Shown in pieces: positions 45,382-54,416 of a stretch of DNA of 64,000 bases. Position numbers and translations under genes: made by a program. Location of the stretch: the NCBI GenBank assembly GCA_045631145.1, contig JAZQUE010000074.1, positions 3,065 through 67,064 on the forward strand. Direction: 5' to 3'. Numbering within the stretch: position 1 is the first letter of the stretch; the number at the start of each line of letters is the position of its first letter. The notes under the pieces were generated by a model. That model ran no database searches, was not told the DNA's origin, and was given only the letters and a program-made list of their open reading frames with translations. This DNA comes from Eubacteriales bacterium (GTDB lineage: Bacteria > Bacillota > Clostridia > Oscillospirales > SIG627).

Positions 45382-45949
45382 TTATCTGTTCCTCCGCTTC
45401 GTCTATCATTCCACTTTCAACGAGCAACGCCGCAAAGGACAGGTCGCCCGAAATGTCTTTCTTTTCAGGAGCGTACAAGCCGAGGAGCTTGCGGCGTTCC
45501 ATAAGCTGCTGTCGGATTTCGGCGATGTACTGCGGGTTGCCAAGTCCGACAACCGTTGCCGTGCGTCTTTCAACGCTGTACGTCTTGATATTTTCCTCGC
45601 CTGTTTCCTTGTTTCGAGAGGGTGCGCCCTTGCTCGTGTTCGTGGTCTTGTTGTAGTCCTCTTTTGATTTCTCCCACTGTGCCCACAACTCACGACAGGT
45701 GTCGTCGATACGTTCAAGCTCCAATTGGAGGGCGGCGTCCATATCCTCGATACGGTTCTCTCGCCACTCCTCCAACAGGGTTTTGATGTCTTTCTGAACT
45801 GTGCCCAACGAATAGCTGTCAAGAGCGAGGCGTTTCATTACCTCCTCCCTGATCTGTCGGCAGGAGTAACCACGCTTGTAGAGTTTTGACACGATTTCCA
45901 TTCGTGCCTGTTTCTCCTGATTACGCTTCTTTTGTTGTGCTTTGCTCAT
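45374..45949 (-). CDS. terS: terminase small subunit
   Basis: 191 aa, basic N-terminus with an HTH-like region (KLYKRGYSCRQIREEV). Overlaps terL by 8 nt. Confidence 0.6.
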   Translation of the reverse strand: MSKAQQKKRNQEKQARMEIVSKLYKRGYSCRQIREEVMKRLALDSYSLGTVQKDIKTLLEEWRENRIEDMDAALQLELERIDDTCRELWAQWEKSKEDYNKTTNTSKGAPSRNKETGEENIKTYSVERRTATVVGLGNPQYIAEIRQQLMERRKLLGLYAPEKKDISGDLSFAALLVESGMIDEAEEQING

Positions 45950-45951
45950 AG

Positions 45952-46230
45952 TTACAGGTCTTTTGTCAATTCAATGAATTTCGTAAAGAAATCAGGGTTG
46001 CAGCTTGACAGCTCAATGTAGGTTTTGCCGAACTCGGGGAACGTGTGTACGGCGAAATGGCTCTCTGTGAGCAGCCACAACGCTGTATATCCCTGCGGCG
46101 TAAAATGGTGGTCTGTGAAGCACAGGATATTGAACCCCGACTTTTTCAGGGCTTCATCAAATATCTCCCGTATCTTCTGTGGATTCGTTTCCTGTATCCA
46201 CTTTGAATCGTTCCAAATCTTCGCTTGCAT
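45952..46230 (-). CDS. S-adenosylmethionine decarboxylase-like protein (SpeH/class 1 pyruvoyl AdoMetDC-like), short form
   Basis: GYTALWLLTESHFAVHTFPEFGKTYIELSSCN parallels the AdoMetDC core V(V/L)ISESH(L/I)(T/S)IHTWPE...D(I/L)FTC, including the Glu-Ser self-cleavage site. Overlaps the upstream methyltransferase gene by 74 nt. Confidence 0.6.
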   Translation of the reverse strand: MQAKIWNDSKWIQETNPQKIREIFDEALKKSGFNILCFTDHHFTPQGYTALWLLTESHFAVHTFPEFGKTYIELSSCNPDFFTKFIELTKDL

Positions 46231-47719
46231 ATTCTATCTTCTTGAAGTTGTTCTTGATTTCCTTTGTCTTGCCCTTGTAGAACACGAGGATATTTTGGTG
46301 CATCTTTGCAACCTTTCGGCTCTCCATATATCGACCTGCTCGCAGGGCTGTACTTGCCCCCGTTTCAACGAGGATAATTTCATTGTAGAGAGGCATTCCC
46401 GCTTCCTTGAAAATGCGTTTGATATCGCCGCAGAAGTCGTAATAGAAGCCTGTTGATTTATCTCTTACATCGCCTACGACGATAACCGCAAAACGGTTTT
46501 CTTTCAGACAGCCGACAGCCGCCTTGAAAGCGTTCTCCAATATCTTGATGAAATCCTCGTAGCTATCCTGATTGCTTGCGTCGTTCTCGAGGTCGCTGTA
46601 TTTCTCGAGGTCGAAATAAGGCGGGCAGCTGAACAGGAGGTCTTGGCTGTCAGGGGCGATATGTTGTGCGACGTTCTGACCGTCGTCGTTGATGTATCGG
46701 GCTGTCATTCCCTCCACACGTTCGTTATTGAGGCGAGCCTGTTCAGGACGAAGCTCAATGCCGACGAACTCATTTCCGAGGTGTGCAGAAACGTAACCGA
46801 AGACGCTATCTCCTGCGAAGCAGTCAAACGTCTTGCAGTTGTCCTGTCCGAACCAACGGCAGACGATTTCAGCCATAACAGGGTCGAGCAGGGAAACGCC
46901 CGCCGACAGAACCTTGCTTGCTTCACGTTCTTTCACGTCGTCGGGAACATACTTGTCGAGGTATTCCTTGAACGTGATACCCAATTCCTCACGGTGCTGT
47001 CGTGTACGCTGATACAGGTCTTTGTACTTGATTTCGGGCGAGGTTATGAGGGTGTCGTTACGGCTCTCTCCATTGTCGCCGATAAGCTCACGCCATTTCT
47101 TTTTCCGTTCCTGCCAATATCCCTTTCGGGTGTCGAGGATTGAGAAAGGAGGGACTATAAATCGGTCGTTCAGGGAAGCGTTGGCGGGCTTACTGTTGGT
47201 TGCTCCGCTTGACTCTCCGTTCTCCCATTCCTTGTTTTGCCACACGTCAAGTCCCCAATCGTCGAGTTCTTCTGCGTCCCACTCGTTGGCGAGTGCGTCC
47301 ATATCCCATTCTCCATATCCGACGTTATCCTTGATGATGAACTCCCGCTGTTCCTCCTCGGACAGTTCCGTCGCCTTGATGATATGAGCTGTCGGCTTGT
47401 CTTTCCAACGCTGCCAATACTCAATGAGGTTGTCCTGTTCGGCTGCTGTCTTCTTCTGAAAATCCCTTGCTTCTGACAGGCGGGATTTCAGCTCTGCCTC
47501 GTCCATATCGGAAATGGCTGTCAATGCCCTGTAACGCATATTGCCGCCGAGAGCTACAAAGGTGTTATCAACGACAATAGGGCGGAGTTCCAACATCTTC
47601 GGAAGCACGAGGATTGAACAGATAAGCTTCTCAAACTTGTCGTCCTTGATGATACGGGGGTTCGCCCCGTTTACCTGTATCTGCGACAGGTTTACGATTT
47701 CTGTTTTCATTGTTCCCAA
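46157..47719 (-). CDS. ParB-like nuclease domain fused to a DNA methyltransferase domain
   Basis: N-terminal ParB-like IVNLSQIQVNGANPRIIKDDKFEKL...LRPIVVD. Motif I-like FDCFAGDSVFGY. Motif IV-like FSCPPYFDLEKY. Confidence 0.75.
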   Translation of the reverse strand: MGTMKTEIVNLSQIQVNGANPRIIKDDKFEKLICSILVLPKMLELRPIVVDNTFVALGGNMRYRALTAISDMDEAELKSRLSEARDFQKKTAAEQDNLIEYWQRWKDKPTAHIIKATELSEEEQREFIIKDNVGYGEWDMDALANEWDAEELDDWGLDVWQNKEWENGESSGATNSKPANASLNDRFIVPPFSILDTRKGYWQERKKKWRELIGDNGESRNDTLITSPEIKYKDLYQRTRQHREELGITFKEYLDKYVPDDVKEREASKVLSAGVSLLDPVMAEIVCRWFGQDNCKTFDCFAGDSVFGYVSAHLGNEFVGIELRPEQARLNNERVEGMTARYINDDGQNVAQHIAPDSQDLLFSCPPYFDLEKYSDLENDASNQDSYEDFIKILENAFKAAVGCLKENRFAVIVVGDVRDKSTGFYYDFCGDIKRIFKEAGMPLYNEIILVETGASTALRAGRYMESRKVAKMHQNILVFYKGKTKEIKNNFKKIEYASEDLERFKVDTGNESTEDTGDI

Positions 47720-48735
47720 ACTTTATCCTGTTGATACTCTCCGAACAGTCCCCAACGACACATTGAAGCATAAATCGGGGTGTCGAGCTTAAATTTGCGG
47801 CGAAGTTCTGCAGGGCTGAACATTGTCGTTCCCTCCTCGATGACGTTGCCCGCACAGTCCTGTATGCATATATCGACCTCCTGTTTGCCTATGCAGCAAG
47901 CGAGGCTGACATACACGTCGCATTCGTGTTCTTCGGCATAACTCTTGGCAAGGGAACGGGCTGCAAGGTTCAGCGTGAGGTCTGCTTTGCTTGCGTCTTT
48001 CGTCCAAGGGCTACCGCCGCCGAGCTTGCAGTTTCCGCCGTAGAAGTCCACAGCGAGTTTTCGCCCTGTTGTACCACAATCCGCACGGCTGCTGTGCTGA
48101 ACGTAACGTCCTGTGCCGTTCACGATAAGTTCGTATTTTCCTGCCACCTTTGAACGGACAAAATCCTCGACGGTCTTTGTGTCCTGTTCGGGTAACAGGG
48201 GGATAGCAACGATAATTTTTGTAATAACATCGTTATCGGTTACTACCTGCGTCTTAATGTCAAGTCCACCGATACCGCTGTCGAAAAGCTCCTTACACAG
48301 ACGTTTGGCTACGGCGTGGTCGATAGGCATATAACAGTCCGACGGTCGCCATTCAGCCATACCGAAGAAAATGCCTTGGTCGCCCCAACCCGAAAGCCCC
48401 TGTGCGATGTCGGGGGACTGTTGGCTGATAAGCGACGTTACCTCCAACAGGTCTCCGCAAATGGTATTCTCTGCTCCCCATTTGTGCAGATAGTCCATTG
48501 TGTAGCCGATTTCGTTTACTGCCGCACGGACGTGCTGTCTTATCTCCGACGGGCTGAACTTACACTTGGACGATACCTCGCCGCCGAGCGTAACTTGGTA
48601 GTCCTTGATTTGTACCTCGACAGCGTAACGGGTGTCGGGGTCTTGCTCGATGTAGCGGTCTAACAGATACTGACTGATGTAGTCGGCAATCTTGTCAGGG
48701 TGTCCGAGCGATACGTACTCTGAAAATTTTATCAT
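47707..48735 (-). CDS. metK: S-adenosylmethionine synthetase (MetK) homologue, phage-encoded and divergent
   Basis: GHPDKIADYIS, QQSPDIAQG, GDQGIFFG, NGTGRYV and DCGTTGRKLAVDFYGGNCKLGGGSPWTKDASKAD align with the conserved MetK blocks. Start chosen at MIKFSEYV. Confidence 0.8.
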   Translation of the reverse strand: MIKFSEYVSLGHPDKIADYISQYLLDRYIEQDPDTRYAVEVQIKDYQVTLGGEVSSKCKFSPSEIRQHVRAAVNEIGYTMDYLHKWGAENTICGDLLEVTSLISQQSPDIAQGLSGWGDQGIFFGMAEWRPSDCYMPIDHAVAKRLCKELFDSGIGGLDIKTQVVTDNDVITKIIVAIPLLPEQDTKTVEDFVRSKVAGKYELIVNGTGRYVQHSSRADCGTTGRKLAVDFYGGNCKLGGGSPWTKDASKADLTLNLAARSLAKSYAEEHECDVYVSLACCIGKQEVDICIQDCAGNVIEEGTTMFSPAELRRKFKLDTPIYASMCRWGLFGEYQQDKVWEQ

Positions 48736-48765
48736 TGCTATAATTGTTAGAAAATTACTGTGGCA

Positions 48766-48773
48766 CAAAATTA
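48766..48773 (-). promoter_or_regulatory. -7 promoter box TAATTTTG (minus strand) upstream of metK-like gene
   Basis: Matches TAnnTTTG. Lies 31 nt upstream of the start. Confidence 0.45.
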
Positions 48774-48781
48774 TTCAAAAT

Positions 48782-48798
48782 GATTATAATATAATCAC
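48782..48798 (-). promoter_or_regulatory. 15-bp palindrome GATTATA-N-TATAATC plus AC, copy 2 of 3
   Basis: gattataatataatcac, 8 nt upstream of the -7 box. Confidence 0.5.
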
Positions 48799-48820
48799 AT
48801 TTGAGGCAAAAAAAGGGGTT

Positions 48821-49195
48821 TTAGGGGGTAGAATCACCCGAAATTGCCGTTTTTATGAGATTTAGGGTTGCGGTCTTGTATAAATCATCAGGCGTGACAC
48901 GGAACACCCGCCAACCCATTAGCGTTGCGGTATTGTACTTCTCGATGTCGCCGAGGAAACCCTGTGGGGAGGTGTGTCGTCCTCCCGTCCATACGCCGCC
49001 CTCTACCTCGAGGGCTATTTTGTGTTCGAGGATAGCATAGTCAAAACGCCATTTCCTGACGGGGTGAAATTTATGCTCCTTGACAACGTCGATATGGAGG
49101 TCTGTTTTGCAGATGATTGTGAAAACGTCCCTTATTTTTTGCTGATTCGCCGTCTGTCGGCTTTTCTTCTTCGATTGGTATGTTTGCTTATCCAT
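48821..49195 (-). CDS. PD-(D/E)XK-type endonuclease, possible Holliday junction resolvase
   Basis: KWRFDYAILEHKIALEVEGGVWTGGRH...DIEKYNTATLMGWRVFRVT shows a D...E.E...K pattern. Start chosen at MDKQTYQ. Confidence 0.5.
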   Translation of the reverse strand: MDKQTYQSKKKSRQTANQQKIRDVFTIICKTDLHIDVVKEHKFHPVRKWRFDYAILEHKIALEVEGGVWTGGRHTSPQGFLGDIEKYNTATLMGWRVFRVTPDDLYKTATLNLIKTAISGDSTP

Positions 49196-49286
49196 AGAAA
49201 GATGTTTTGAAATACGGGCTGATTTGGGCTTTGGACGACAAAACGGGGATTGCTCCCCGCCTTGCCTGTGTGAACCCGTGTCAGGT

Positions 49287-49658
49287 TTAGAACGGCAGAT
49301 CGTCGTCGTCAGCAAATGCCGTGTTGTCGAGTGTACCCGTTACGTTCATAGTCGCTTGCTTCTTCTCAATGGCGTGCATACCGCCGAGGATAGGAATAGC
49401 CTTGATTTGTTCCTCTGTCATTGCGTCCCGCTGTTCCTTTGGCAAATCCGCCTTGATACAGTGAGTGTCGCTGTACTTCGGTTCTTGCATTTCAATGGCT
49501 GTCAGGTTCAGGTAGCAGCCCTTTTCGCCGAGGAACATTCCGTCGCAATCATCGACAGGGATAATCAAGCAGCGTTTTACACTTGTCTTGCCTTGCAAGT
49601 TCTTCATAAATGCCCCCTTGAGTTTGAGGCAGTCGATTTTGATACCAAAATTGCTCAT
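49287..49658 (-). CDS. single-stranded DNA-binding protein (non-canonical)
   Basis: The C-terminal acidic tip DDDDLPF is the hallmark SSB protein-interaction tail. Lies in the replication module. Confidence 0.6.
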   Translation of the reverse strand: MSNFGIKIDCLKLKGAFMKNLQGKTSVKRCLIIPVDDCDGMFLGEKGCYLNLTAIEMQEPKYSDTHCIKADLPKEQRDAMTEEQIKAIPILGGMHAIEKKQATMNVTGTLDNTAFADDDDLPF

Positions 49659-49679
49659 AGTGTCTAAAAATTAAATGGT

Positions 49680-50537
49680 TTATACTAAATTGAACTCAAT
49701 CTTCGAGAGATTCTTCTGAAACTTAATCATCGCCGTTTCAATAACAGGCGTTATCTTGATTTCATTATTGCCGAGGTAAGCGTCCATACAGGTGTAAAGC
49801 TCGTCGATACAGGGCAGATGTCCCTCACGAGCTTCCCCAAGCTTCTGTGCTATCATAGCTGTCATACGGTTTTCGTGCTTGCGTACCTCACGGCAGAACA
49901 TCATCGAGAGGAAAGCGTATGTTCGCATTTCGTCGTACTCGATTTTCAGGTGTTGGCGGTTGATTTCATTGCAGGTCGAATAATAAAGGATTTGGAAGTC
50001 AAACGCACACACGTTGATGAGCTCATCTGCCTGTGAGAGTATCTTATTCAGGTGCTCCCTGTCAAGGTCTTTGCTCAACTGTACGAGATAGTGTTCCCTT
50101 AGTTGCTTTACCGTGCGTGAGAGCTTCTTCACCTCGGAGATACGCTTATCGGCACAATATCTTACCACCTTATCGGCATAAACCCACGCCACCTGTGCAA
50201 TGATGAGCGGAACGAATGCTATCTGTACGTGCTCCTCGAAAGTGAAGCTCTCCATAAGTGCTTTGGTGTCGGCGTTGCACTGTTCCTTGAACTGCTTTTC
50301 CTGTACCTCGGCGGGAGTGCGTACCTCCCAAGTGAAACGCTCTGCGTTGCAGCGGACAGTCTTGTGCTTCTTCCTGTCCTTGTCAATAACGAGAACCGTC
50401 GCCCCGCTTTTGAGCTGCTCAACCCTGTTCACGTGGTATATTCCGCCCACCTTAATTTCGGGCTGTACCTTGTCGCTTACCTTGCGGGCTGTTATCTCTA
50501 TGAAGTCGCCCGCCTTTGCTGCTGTTTTCTTTGCCAT
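49680..50537 (-). CDS. hypothetical protein (285 aa)
   Basis: Clean ORF. No motif recognised. Confidence 0.5.
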   Translation of the reverse strand: MAKKTAAKAGDFIEITARKVSDKVQPEIKVGGIYHVNRVEQLKSGATVLVIDKDRKKHKTVRCNAERFTWEVRTPAEVQEKQFKEQCNADTKALMESFTFEEHVQIAFVPLIIAQVAWVYADKVVRYCADKRISEVKKLSRTVKQLREHYLVQLSKDLDREHLNKILSQADELINVCAFDFQILYYSTCNEINRQHLKIEYDEMRTYAFLSMMFCREVRKHENRMTAMIAQKLGEAREGHLPCIDELYTCMDAYLGNNEIKITPVIETAMIKFQKNLSKIEFNLV

Positions 50538-50593
50538 AATCTGTTATTTTTGAGGTCATTTTATACTTGTTTATTTTATTTGCGTTCAGCCCG

Positions 50594-51133
50594 TCAATAC
50601 CCTTTCCCGTGCTTTTTCGGGCGTGTCCTGTTGTAAGCCATTTTCAGCTCGATATGGGTACGGAGGTCAATCTCTTTCTGTGCTGCAAGAGTGCATATCA
50701 TTGAAAGTGAATAGTTTAGCCTGACATACAGGTCGTCAGCCGTTCCTCCTCCTGCTATAAATCTGCAAATGGTAAGGATATTTTCCGTGAACAATTTCGT
50801 GGGTTCTATCTCGACCGTCTGCTGTCCGCCGAAGTCCAAATCAATGTTCCGAAGCCCTGCGAGGTCGCAAATACGTATGCAAGCGTCTGCAAGTTCATCC
50901 TCGACTGTATCTTTGACATACAGGAGGAAATTCTTTTCAAAGAGCCGTCCATAAGCCTTTAGAAACTTTACTGCCCCTTGGTCTGCCCGAAGACCTTTTC
51001 TGTCAGCTTCGACCGCTTCCATAAGCTCTGATATAATCAAGCACTTCAAATGGTCATCGCTTTGCTCCTGTTCGTGGAAGCCGTGTTCTTTGGCTATCCT
51101 GTACGCTTCCTCTTTGTACATATTGAAATTCAT
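50594..51133 (-). CDS. MazG-like nucleotide pyrophosphohydrolase (all-alpha NTP-PPase) candidate
   Basis: SELMEAVEADRKG and TVEDELADACIRICDLAGLRNIDL resemble the MazG EExxE/D metal-binding helices. ATGA overlap with the upstream gene. Confidence 0.45.
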   Translation of the reverse strand: MNFNMYKEEAYRIAKEHGFHEQEQSDDHLKCLIISELMEAVEADRKGLRADQGAVKFLKAYGRLFEKNFLLYVKDTVEDELADACIRICDLAGLRNIDLDFGGQQTVEIEPTKLFTENILTICRFIAGGGTADDLYVRLNYSLSMICTLAAQKEIDLRTHIELKMAYNRTRPKKHGKGY

Positions 51134-51621
51134 ATTCTCCTCCTTTCGTAATAATGTCCGCAAACGAACATATCTTCTGTTACCTGTTGGGTGGGGTTGT
51201 TACCGCCCGCCATATAGCAAGCTCCTTTCTTGTAGAAATAGCAGGTTGAGCATTTTTCCGCCCTTTGCTTCTTGGCTGCTTCTATGCTTATAATCTTGTC
51301 ATAGAAGCTGTACGTCGGCTTCCCTCCCCAAAAACAGGGACGTAGTTCGCCTTTCTTTCCAATCGCATAACCTGTGAGCATACCCGCAACCTGATACTGT
51401 CGACCGAGCTTGTTTTTCGGCTTGGCTGCATACTCGGGCATCATTCTTGACCGTGTTTCCTCGGTTACCTCGAGTTTTACGATTACCTGTTGATACTTTC
51501 TGAACGGGAACGGTAGCCGCTCCTCTGTGTACTGCCATTCGGCTTTGTTCAATTCTGCGTAAGCCTCGGAAACTTTCTGTTCCTTTTCCTGTCGCAGCTT
51601 CTGTAATTCTTCAAATGTCAT
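51130..51621 (-). CDS. hypothetical protein with C-terminal Cys cluster
   Basis: CSTCYFYKKGACYMAGG...FVCGHY. Function unknown. Confidence 0.5.
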   Translation of the reverse strand: MTFEELQKLRQEKEQKVSEAYAELNKAEWQYTEERLPFPFRKYQQVIVKLEVTEETRSRMMPEYAAKPKNKLGRQYQVAGMLTGYAIGKKGELRPCFWGGKPTYSFYDKIISIEAAKKQRAEKCSTCYFYKKGACYMAGGNNPTQQVTEDMFVCGHYYERRRI

Positions 51622-51639
51622 ACGCTGTATATTTGGTTA

Positions 51640-53460
51640 TTAAAATGGGCAATCATCTTCGGGGAGGTCGTCGAAGTCAAACACGGATGCTGCTTCGGCT
51701 TCCTCATAACGTCTGCGGGCTTCTTCCTGTAAATGGTTGGTATTGTCCCAATCAGGTTCAGAACCGCCCGTATAAGGGCTGTAACGCCCGTTGTTCAGGT
51801 TGTATTTGAATTGTGCCATACCGCACTCTCCGAGGTGTCGGAACTTCACTTTCTGAATGTGAACCTCCGTGATGTTCTCAATGCGGTTTCGATGTACGAC
51901 GATACCGAAGTCCGCTTTGTTATAGAAGTTAGCTGAACCGCTGATGTCATACAGGGTCGGGGTTTCTATAATACCGTCTTTGTTCTTCGGCATTTTTGTC
52001 GGGTGTGCCATAAGGATAATCAGAATGTCATTCTGCTGTGCGAAATTCGTCAGACGGTCGAGCGTTTCGCTGATGTATAGCGTTTCATTACGTCCTCCGC
52101 TGTGTTGGTTCTCCAAACGGTTGTACGGGTCAATCACGAGGGCTTTTATACCCTTGCGTCTTACGAGGAATTTTGCTTTTTCGAGAATGGTTTCAAGCCT
52201 GAAATCATTGTGCGGGCTGATAAAGAAGAAGTCCTGTTCGAGGTGTTCCTTTACCTGTCTGTATTCCCCGTAGCCGAGGTGCTGCTTGTCGAACTTCTTT
52301 CCCGTGAACTTTTCTATCAGCTTCGAGGCGTGATAGGCGAGCGGGGCGTTCTCGGGGCTGAAAAAAGCGAACCTCCAACCGTAACGCATATTCAGGCGTT
52401 CAGCTATTTCGTCGATGAACTCCGACTTACCGCTGCCTGGAATACCTGTCACGATACAGAGGCGTTTGGTCTCGAAAGAACACAGGCGGTCGAAGTTGTC
52501 GTGCCCGATTGTTACGCCTTTCTGCATACCGAACTCAAACAGTGCGTCGAGCGACTGTTCAAAGTCCTGTATAGTGAAAACCCCCTCAATCTTCGTTTCG
52601 GGAGCGTCAGCGAGGCATTTCAACAGGCTTTCCCGTCCGAACTTTATCAGGTGTTCGTTAGCGTCCTTGCAGCCCTCGCCATACTCCAACACTCGGCAGC
52701 GTTCAACGCCGAAGCGACGGAGAAGCTCGTCCCGAAGTTCCACGCCCTTTGTATCGGTGTCCGAGGCAATGTAGATAACGTCCTTATCATCGAAATACTC
52801 CTCGATGTAGTCGTCGAGGTAGGAGAGGTTGGCGTTAGCCCCGTTCGGAACGCTGATCACGTCGGTTCGTCCGCACTCAACGAAAGAAAGAGCGTCCATT
52901 TCCCCCTCCGTTATGATACACTCGTTCTTGCCTTTGATACCGTCGATATTGTACGGCAGGAGTTCCGCCCCTGAACAGAGCTTGAAGCATTTGTCCCCTG
53001 TGCGGAACTTCGTGTTCACGAGCTGCCCGCCCTTGTAGTAGTTGAATTGAATCGTATTCGCCTGTCCGTTCTTCTGCGGCATAAACTCCATACCCTCTGT
53101 AACTCTCATCGCCGTGAGCGTAGCAGGGCTTATGCCTCGTCCCTTGAACCAAGCGAGAGCCTTTTCACTCAACGCCGAGCTGCCTGTCCGTGTGGGCTTC
53201 TTGTAGGTCGGCTTCTGATGTTTGAGCGGAGCGGGGTTGTAGAACGGCTTCTTCCATTCCTCCTGTTCACGCTCGGCAGCGCAACCGCTATACCCGCAGT
53301 AGTGGCAGTTGAACATTCCCGTAGAGAGGTCACAGGAAAGGCTCTTGTCACGCTTGTCGTGGCGTTGGTCTCTGCACTGCGGGCAGTGTACTTTCACGTT
53401 CCCTGATGTCCTGTTATACGGGATGTCAATGCCGTATTTCTTCCAATCCATTCGTGTCAT
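51640..53460 (-). CDS. bifunctional DNA primase/helicase (zinc finger, Toprim, DnaB/gp4-like P-loop)
   Basis: Zinc finger HCPQCRD...CHYCGYSG. Toprim ECIITEGEMDALSF. Walker A VTGIPGSGKSEF. Start at the ATGA overlap (53460). Confidence 0.85.
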   Translation of the reverse strand: MTRMDWKKYGIDIPYNRTSGNVKVHCPQCRDQRHDKRDKSLSCDLSTGMFNCHYCGYSGCAAEREQEEWKKPFYNPAPLKHQKPTYKKPTRTGSSALSEKALAWFKGRGISPATLTAMRVTEGMEFMPQKNGQANTIQFNYYKGGQLVNTKFRTGDKCFKLCSGAELLPYNIDGIKGKNECIITEGEMDALSFVECGRTDVISVPNGANANLSYLDDYIEEYFDDKDVIYIASDTDTKGVELRDELLRRFGVERCRVLEYGEGCKDANEHLIKFGRESLLKCLADAPETKIEGVFTIQDFEQSLDALFEFGMQKGVTIGHDNFDRLCSFETKRLCIVTGIPGSGKSEFIDEIAERLNMRYGWRFAFFSPENAPLAYHASKLIEKFTGKKFDKQHLGYGEYRQVKEHLEQDFFFISPHNDFRLETILEKAKFLVRRKGIKALVIDPYNRLENQHSGGRNETLYISETLDRLTNFAQQNDILIILMAHPTKMPKNKDGIIETPTLYDISGSANFYNKADFGIVVHRNRIENITEVHIQKVKFRHLGECGMAQFKYNLNNGRYSPYTGGSEPDWDNTNHLQEEARRRYEEAEAASVFDFDDLPEDDCPF

Positions 53461-54407
53461 AAGATTATCCATTGAGAGGTTGAAGTATTCCAAGCGTGAC
53501 GCTCACTCGGGCGTGGCGGTGCGTCGTTGGGGATTGTCGCCCGTCCTGTGCCGTATGTGCGTCGTCCTGTTGCGTCGATAAACTCACCTACGCCGAGCTG
53601 TATGTTCGCCTGTTGTGGGGCTTGTTTGCTTCCTCTGTTGTTGTCATAGTTGCCCTCCATGACCTTTACCCAATTTTTCGGGCTGTCAAACACCCAATCG
53701 AATGTTGCCGTCCATTGATGATTGTTGTTGCCCCGAAGAAAATCAGAAGCGGCAATTCTTTCAAACAGGGCTTCAATGGTCGGCATCCATTCTTCCTGTT
53801 TGCCGAACTCCTGTAAACGAGCCTTGATTTTATTGCGTCGTGCCTCCGAGAGCTTCTGTACTTTCGGGAGGAACGCCCCGCAGATAGAGTTCCACTTGTC
53901 GGCAATATCCTGATAAGGATATCTAACTCTATTCTCTTCTATTCTATTTTCTTCTAATCTATTCTCTTCTATTATGTTATCTGATGTTATAACATTGTTA
54001 TCGGGTGCTATATCCTTGTTACGGTTTCCCCAACGTGAAGACATACCACGTTTGCCCGCTTCTGAACGGCGTTGGAAGCGTTCGATAATGCTTTGGAAAC
54101 GGCGTTGGTGTGCTGTGCTGAACAGGCGGGTGCCGTCCTGTTGCAGAAGCCCGATTTTACAACAGTAGTCCACGATTTCGGATAACTCCTGTACTGACAC
54201 GTCAAAATCAGCGGCGAGGAGTTCTTTCGTCACATCGTCATACCCGATTTCAAACGCTTCAACATCAGTCAGAACCTCCAAGAGATAGTTCCACACGGCA
54301 TACCCTGTGTGAGAGAATTTTCGGCGGAGAGCCTTTATCTTCACGTCGTTTCGCATATCAGCGTCGTGCGTGAAGTATTGAGCCGCAAGTTTACCATTTA
54401 GTGCCAT
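53457..54407 (-). CDS. DUF4373 (Lin1244/Lin1753-like) replication initiator/replisome organiser
   Basis: N-terminus YFTHDADMRNDVKIKALRRKFSHTGYAVWNYLLEVL is typical of DUF4373. An iteron-like DNA repeat lies inside the gene (53929-54001). Confidence 0.7.
   Translation of the reverse strand: MALNGKLAAQYFTHDADMRNDVKIKALRRKFSHTGYAVWNYLLEVLTDVEAFEIGYDDVTKELLAADFDVSVQELSEIVDYCCKIGLLQQDGTRLFSTAHQRRFQSIIERFQRRSEAGKRGMSSRWGNRNKDIAPDNNVITSDNIIEENRLEENRIEENRVRYPYQDIADKWNSICGAFLPKVQKLSEARRNKIKARLQEFGKQEEWMPTIEALFERIAASDFLRGNNNHQWTATFDWVFDSPKNWVKVMEGNYDNNRGSKQAPQQANIQLGVGEFIDATGRRTYGTGRATIPNDAPPRPSERHAWNTSTSQWIIL
53929..54001. repeat. iteron-like repeat cluster inside the replication initiator gene (candidate ori)
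   Basis: tattctcttc occurs at 53930-53939 and 53960-53969. gttataacattgttat occurs at 53986-54001. This is an inverted counterpart of 38781-38856. Confidence 0.65.
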
Positions 54408-54416
54408 AACTATGAT

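Noticed and set aside
52102-52974. Long antisense ORFs across the prophage (for example 52102-52974, 33494-34303, 25313-25897, 19155-19610, 46643-47143)
   Set aside because: All lie fully inside strongly supported opposite-strand genes (primase-helicase, capsid, Dit, tail tip, methyltransferase). Their compositions are implausible. This is typical of roughly 50 percent GC coding DNA.
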